Shown here piece after piece: positions 60,720 to 64,000 of a stretch of DNA of 64,000 nucleotides. The position numbers were made by a program, and so were the translations under genes. How positions within the stretch are numbered: the first letter of the stretch is position 1; the number at the start of each line of letters is the position of its first letter. The notes beneath the pieces are model-generated. The model saw nothing but the letters and a program-made list of their open reading frames with translations, made no database searches and was not told the origin of the DNA. This stretch comes from Deltaproteobacteria bacterium (GTDB taxonomy: Bacteria > Desulfobacterota > Desulfuromonadia > Geobacterales > Pseudopelobacteraceae), in the NCBI GenBank assembly GCA_021782545.1, contig JAJXUW010000001.1, forward strand, positions 5,652 through 69,651, given 5' to 3'.

Positions 60720-61367
60720 ATGGTACAACTGCCGGCCATGGAACACCTGATCACGATCGATTCCCCGCTTTTTATGGCCGGAGCCGACCTTGACGAACGG
60801 CCGGCCTGGGATATGATTTTCGGCAACCATAATCCGCTGGTGCTGGAGATCGGTTGCGGTATCGGCGATTTTGCCGTGGCCTTGGCCGGCAGGAACCCGG
60901 GCTGGAACTACCTCGCACTCGATTTCTACAACAAGGGCTGTCTCAAGACCTGCCGCCGCGCTGAACGCCTTGGAGTGCAGAACATCAGGGTGATCCGGGA
61001 CGAGGCCCGTTCGTTTATCAACCGCTGTCTGGCAAAAAGTTCGCTGCAGACGGTCTTCATCAATTGTCCCGACCCCTGGCCCAAACGGCGACAGCGCAAA
61101 CGACGCCTCGTAAACGCTGCGTTCGTCGGGCTGCTGGCCGACTATCTGCTGCCTGGTGGGGATCTGTATTTCACCACCGACTTTGCCGACTATGGCCTGG
61201 AGGTCGCCCGGATGATGGCTGGGCAGGAGCGGTATGAAAACGTTCTGGCACCCGACCTGTGGCGCCACGATTTGGCCGAATATCCACGTACCAAGTATAT
61301 GCTCAAATTTATGTCCGAGGGCAGCGACATCTATTTTGTGCACTACCGCCGCACTGCCGACGGTTAG
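60720..61367 (+). CDS. trmB: tRNA (guanine-N7)-methyltransferase
   Basis: LEIGCGIG, PDPWPK.R..KRR, TD...Y, TKY. Confidence 0.93.
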   Translation: MVQLPAMEHLITIDSPLFMAGADLDERPAWDMIFGNHNPLVLEIGCGIGDFAVALAGRNPGWNYLALDFYNKGCLKTCRRAERLGVQNIRVIRDEARSFINRCLAKSSLQTVFINCPDPWPKRRQRKRRLVNAAFVGLLADYLLPGGDLYFTTDFADYGLEVARMMAGQERYENVLAPDLWRHDLAEYPRTKYMLKFMSEGSDIYFVHYRRTADG

Positions 61368-61379
61368 GAGGGAGGGGCC

Positions 61380-61733
61380 ATGGTTGATAACGGGGCAGAT
61401 CGAGGCATCAACATCTTCAAGCCACAGACGGAGCTGATGCGGGGCGAGGTACGGGTGATCGCCCTAGTCATGGCGGCCTGGCTGGTGGCGATTGTGGGGT
61501 CGCAACTCGCTATCTGGTACCTTGAGAACAACATCATCGATTACTGGCTCTCCGAGATCGTCTTCTTCAACCTGCCGTTGCACTTCTGGCTGTCTGGCCA
61601 GTTCCTGCCACTTTGGTTCATCCTGCTGGGGGTGATCTTCAATCTCTGGATGGACCGACACGAATCGCGCAAATTTGCCGGGACCATCCGCTACCGGGCG
61701 GTGGGGCGGCGTAAGGAGGAACAGCAGCAATGA
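61380..61733 (+). CDS. DUF4212-like small membrane partner of the solute symporter
   Basis: INIFKP, two TMs, PLHFW..GQF; 4-nt overlap with the symporter gene. Confidence 0.7.
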   Translation: MVDNGADRGINIFKPQTELMRGEVRVIALVMAAWLVAIVGSQLAIWYLENNIIDYWLSEIVFFNLPLHFWLSGQFLPLWFILLGVIFNLWMDRHESRKFAGTIRYRAVGRRKEEQQQ

Positions 61734-63259
61734 CCTCCACATCCATTCAGCTGGTTCCTCTCCTGATGGTCGTCGCCCTGTTCACCCTGTTTATCGTCGG
61801 GGGGATGGGCAGCAAGATGCGGCAGACCTCCGACTACGGGTTTTCCGGCAATTACAGCGGGCGTCTGGGCAGCGGCGCCGCCATCGCCAGCAACTGGATG
61901 AGCGCCGCCAGCTTCCTGGGCCTGGCCGGGCTGTTTTATCTGAAAGGGTATTACGCCATGGCCTTTGTGATCGGCTGGACTGGCGGCTATGTGCTGCTGC
62001 TGGTTCTGCTGGCAACCCAGATCCGCCGTTTTGGCAAGTTCACCGCCCCCGATTTTGTGGGGTTCCGCTATGAATCCGAGGCGGCACGTACTGTGGCGGC
62101 CCTGATATCCATCGGTATTTCGGTGATCTACTGCGTGGCCCAGTTTCGTGGCGTGGCGCTTCTGGTTTCTTGGCTGTTCGGCATCGGGTACCAGGCCGCC
62201 GTGGTGACCGGCGGGGCGCTGGTGGTAACGTTTGTTGTGATTTCCGGGACCCTGGGGGTGGTACGCAACCAGCGTCTGCAGTATTTTGTGCTGATCGTGG
62301 CCTTCGTTTTGCCGCTCATGTTTCTTGTTAGAAAACTCGGCTATTTCTGGGTGCTTCCGCAGTTCGGCTATGGCCAGGCCATTATCGACCTGCAGAACCA
62401 GTTTGGTTTCTACTGGTCGGAGCCGTTTGCCACCATCTCGCTGTTTCACTGGCTGGCGCTTTGTTTTACCCTGATGTTCGGTACCGCCGGTCTGCCCCAC
62501 GTCCTTTCCCGTTTCTACATGGCCCCCAGTATTCGCGATGCACGTTGGGGGGTGGTCTGGGGACTGTTTTTCATCTCCCTGATCTATTGGTCGGCACCGG
62601 CCTACGGCGTGTTGGGCCGTCTGTATGACGCACGGGCCGGCTTCGCGTTTAGAACGCCGGATCCGATGTCGGCAGATGCAGTGACGCTGACGGCCGCCCT
62701 GCAAGGTGGCATTCCGGTCTGGGTCGTCGGTCTGCTGGTTGCGGGTGGGCTTGCGGCGGCCTTTTATGCCATCTCCGGCCTGTTGCAAAGCGGCGCGGCG
62801 GCCTTTGCCTATGACCTCTACCCCCGCCTGTTTCGCTCCACGGCGGCCGATTGCGACAAGCTGGCCATGGCCAAGGGTTTTTTTCTGGTGCTGGCCGCCT
62901 TGGTTATTGCCTTGTCGTTGCGACCGGTGGGGATGATTGCAGAAATTGCCGCCGTGGCGTTTGCCTTGGCCGGCAACACCATCTTTCCCGCCTTTCTGAT
63001 GGGCATCTGGTGGAGCCGCACCAATGCGGCCGGTGTGTTGTCCGGCATGCTGCTGGGAGTACTGATCAGCTTTTCCTCCCCCCTGCTGGGCGGTCTGTTT
63101 CCGGTGGTGAACACCCTGTTTCCTCTGACCTCTTCTGCCTTTTTGGGGGCGCCGCTGGTGATCGTGGTGATGATCGTGGTGTCGCTCGCCACCCGGCCGC
63201 CGTCAAGCGAGTTGGTTGGCTTTCTGACCCGTAATGTGCATGATCTCGGAGAACGCTGA
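61730..63259 (+). CDS. Sodium:solute symporter (ActP/VC_2705-like)
   Basis: ASNWMSAASFLG, GWTGGYVLL, RRFGKFTAPDF, GTAGLPHVL.RFY, FPAFLMGIWW. Confidence 0.9.
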   Translation: MTSTSIQLVPLLMVVALFTLFIVGGMGSKMRQTSDYGFSGNYSGRLGSGAAIASNWMSAASFLGLAGLFYLKGYYAMAFVIGWTGGYVLLLVLLATQIRRFGKFTAPDFVGFRYESEAARTVAALISIGISVIYCVAQFRGVALLVSWLFGIGYQAAVVTGGALVVTFVVISGTLGVVRNQRLQYFVLIVAFVLPLMFLVRKLGYFWVLPQFGYGQAIIDLQNQFGFYWSEPFATISLFHWLALCFTLMFGTAGLPHVLSRFYMAPSIRDARWGVVWGLFFISLIYWSAPAYGVLGRLYDARAGFAFRTPDPMSADAVTLTAALQGGIPVWVVGLLVAGGLAAAFYAISGLLQSGAAAFAYDLYPRLFRSTAADCDKLAMAKGFFLVLAALVIALSLRPVGMIAEIAAVAFALAGNTIFPAFLMGIWWSRTNAAGVLSGMLLGVLISFSSPLLGGLFPVVNTLFPLTSSAFLGAPLVIVVMIVVSLATRPPSSELVGFLTRNVHDLGER

Positions 63260-64000
63260 TGGCGTTGCTTTTGGGCAAAGGCGAAAGGTTGTCCGACTGG
63301 CGGGAGGTTGACGACTTCACCGCCAGCTATCAAGCGGCTGCCATAAAGCTGTCGGCAGCCAAACGCCCCGAGGCGGCTGCCACCGTACTCGCGGCCATTC
63401 AGGCGGACCTGGGTGTCCTGTCTGCAGAAAATCGTCAGTTTATCGAACAGACCCGACAGGTGGGGGAGCGTCTCGCCAAGGCCGCTACACAGGAACAACT
63501 GCGGAACGTGCTGGCGGATTTTTATACTGAGGCCTACCGGCATTTTCGACGTTTTGCGTCAGTCCCGGCGTTTTTTGAGGCGGCCAACGGTTTTCTCGTC
63601 TCGTTGACCAGCCTGCAGGTTGACATCCTGCGAAACGAGTCTCCCAACAGACTCCCCCCCGTAGCGCTAGTGGTACTGGGCCCCGCCGGGCGGCTTGAGT
63701 ATACCCGTTTCTGCCGTGTCCAACTGGCGCTGGTTTGGGAAGGTACCGGCAAGGCGGCTGAGCAGCGCGTGATGGAGGATTTCTCCGAGCAGTTGGTTGC
63801 CTGGCTGCGCTCCTGCGGTGTTGCGCTGGATGAAGCGGTGACACCGGTTCATCCGGAGTGGCGGGGGACCCTCACGCAATGGCGCGAACGGTTGCAAGAC
63901 GGTATCGCCCGGAATGATTCGGCTGAGCTGATTGAACTTTTGCGTCTCGTCGACCAGGCGGTGTTGGTCGACGACCAGGGGCTGGCCGGCCGGTTCAGGG
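63259..64000 (+). CDS. DUF294-like nucleotidyltransferase-fold protein, degenerate; truncated by window edge
   Basis: Manual translation is open from ATG 63259 to the edge: VALVVLGPAGRLEYT...LALVW and HPEWRGTLTQWRERL. Position after the symporter is typical for this family. Confidence 0.7.
   Translation, partial: MALLLGKGERLSDWREVDDFTASYQAAAIKLSAAKRPEAAATVLAAIQADLGVLSAENRQFIEQTRQVGERLAKAATQEQLRNVLADFYTEAYRHFRRFASVPAFFEAANGFLVSLTSLQVDILRNESPNRLPPVALVVLGPAGRLEYTRFCRVQLALVWEGTGKAAEQRVMEDFSEQLVAWLRSCGVALDEAVTPVHPEWRGTLTQWRERLQDGIARNDSAELIELLRLVDQAVLVDDQGLAGRFR

Overview
GC-rich, gene-dense chromosomal window from an anaerobic deltaproteobacterium. Gene content and order suggest Geobacteraceae/Desulfuromonadia (inference only). 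I found no rRNA, tRNA, CRISPR array, IS or prophage. Left to right: the 3' end of tpx, an alpha/beta hydrolase, two unusual hybrid histidine kinases (one fused to YihY, one lacking the phospho-His), plsY-bamD with a FabMG-like gene, and hypE-ybaK-DUF815. Next is a divergent energy-converting-hydrogenase-related (Ehr/Hyf-like, no NiFe site) locus whose left arm is RHH antitoxin, degenerate MazF, HTH-EIIA and a second EhrA. This is followed by a group 3b-type NiFe hydrogenase operon, rrf2-cysK-larE, a Spy-like/OmpR/BaeS unit, hemH, an L-tartrate dehydratase cluster, groESL with CIRCE and ligA. The right end holds a CheY-CheC-diguanylate cyclase trio, copA with a cytochrome bd-like/tri-heme c pair, lpxH, a PBP, hflX (apparent ATT start), fabI, trmB and a DUF4212/solute symporter/DUF294 unit. 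The best candidate for an undescribed system is the apparently domesticated, catalytically dead MazEF pair coupled to HTH-EIIA and EhrA. It lies between 116-bp inverted near-identical tracts located inside the two ehrA paralogs. All calls are from motif recognition by eye; no database searches were run.
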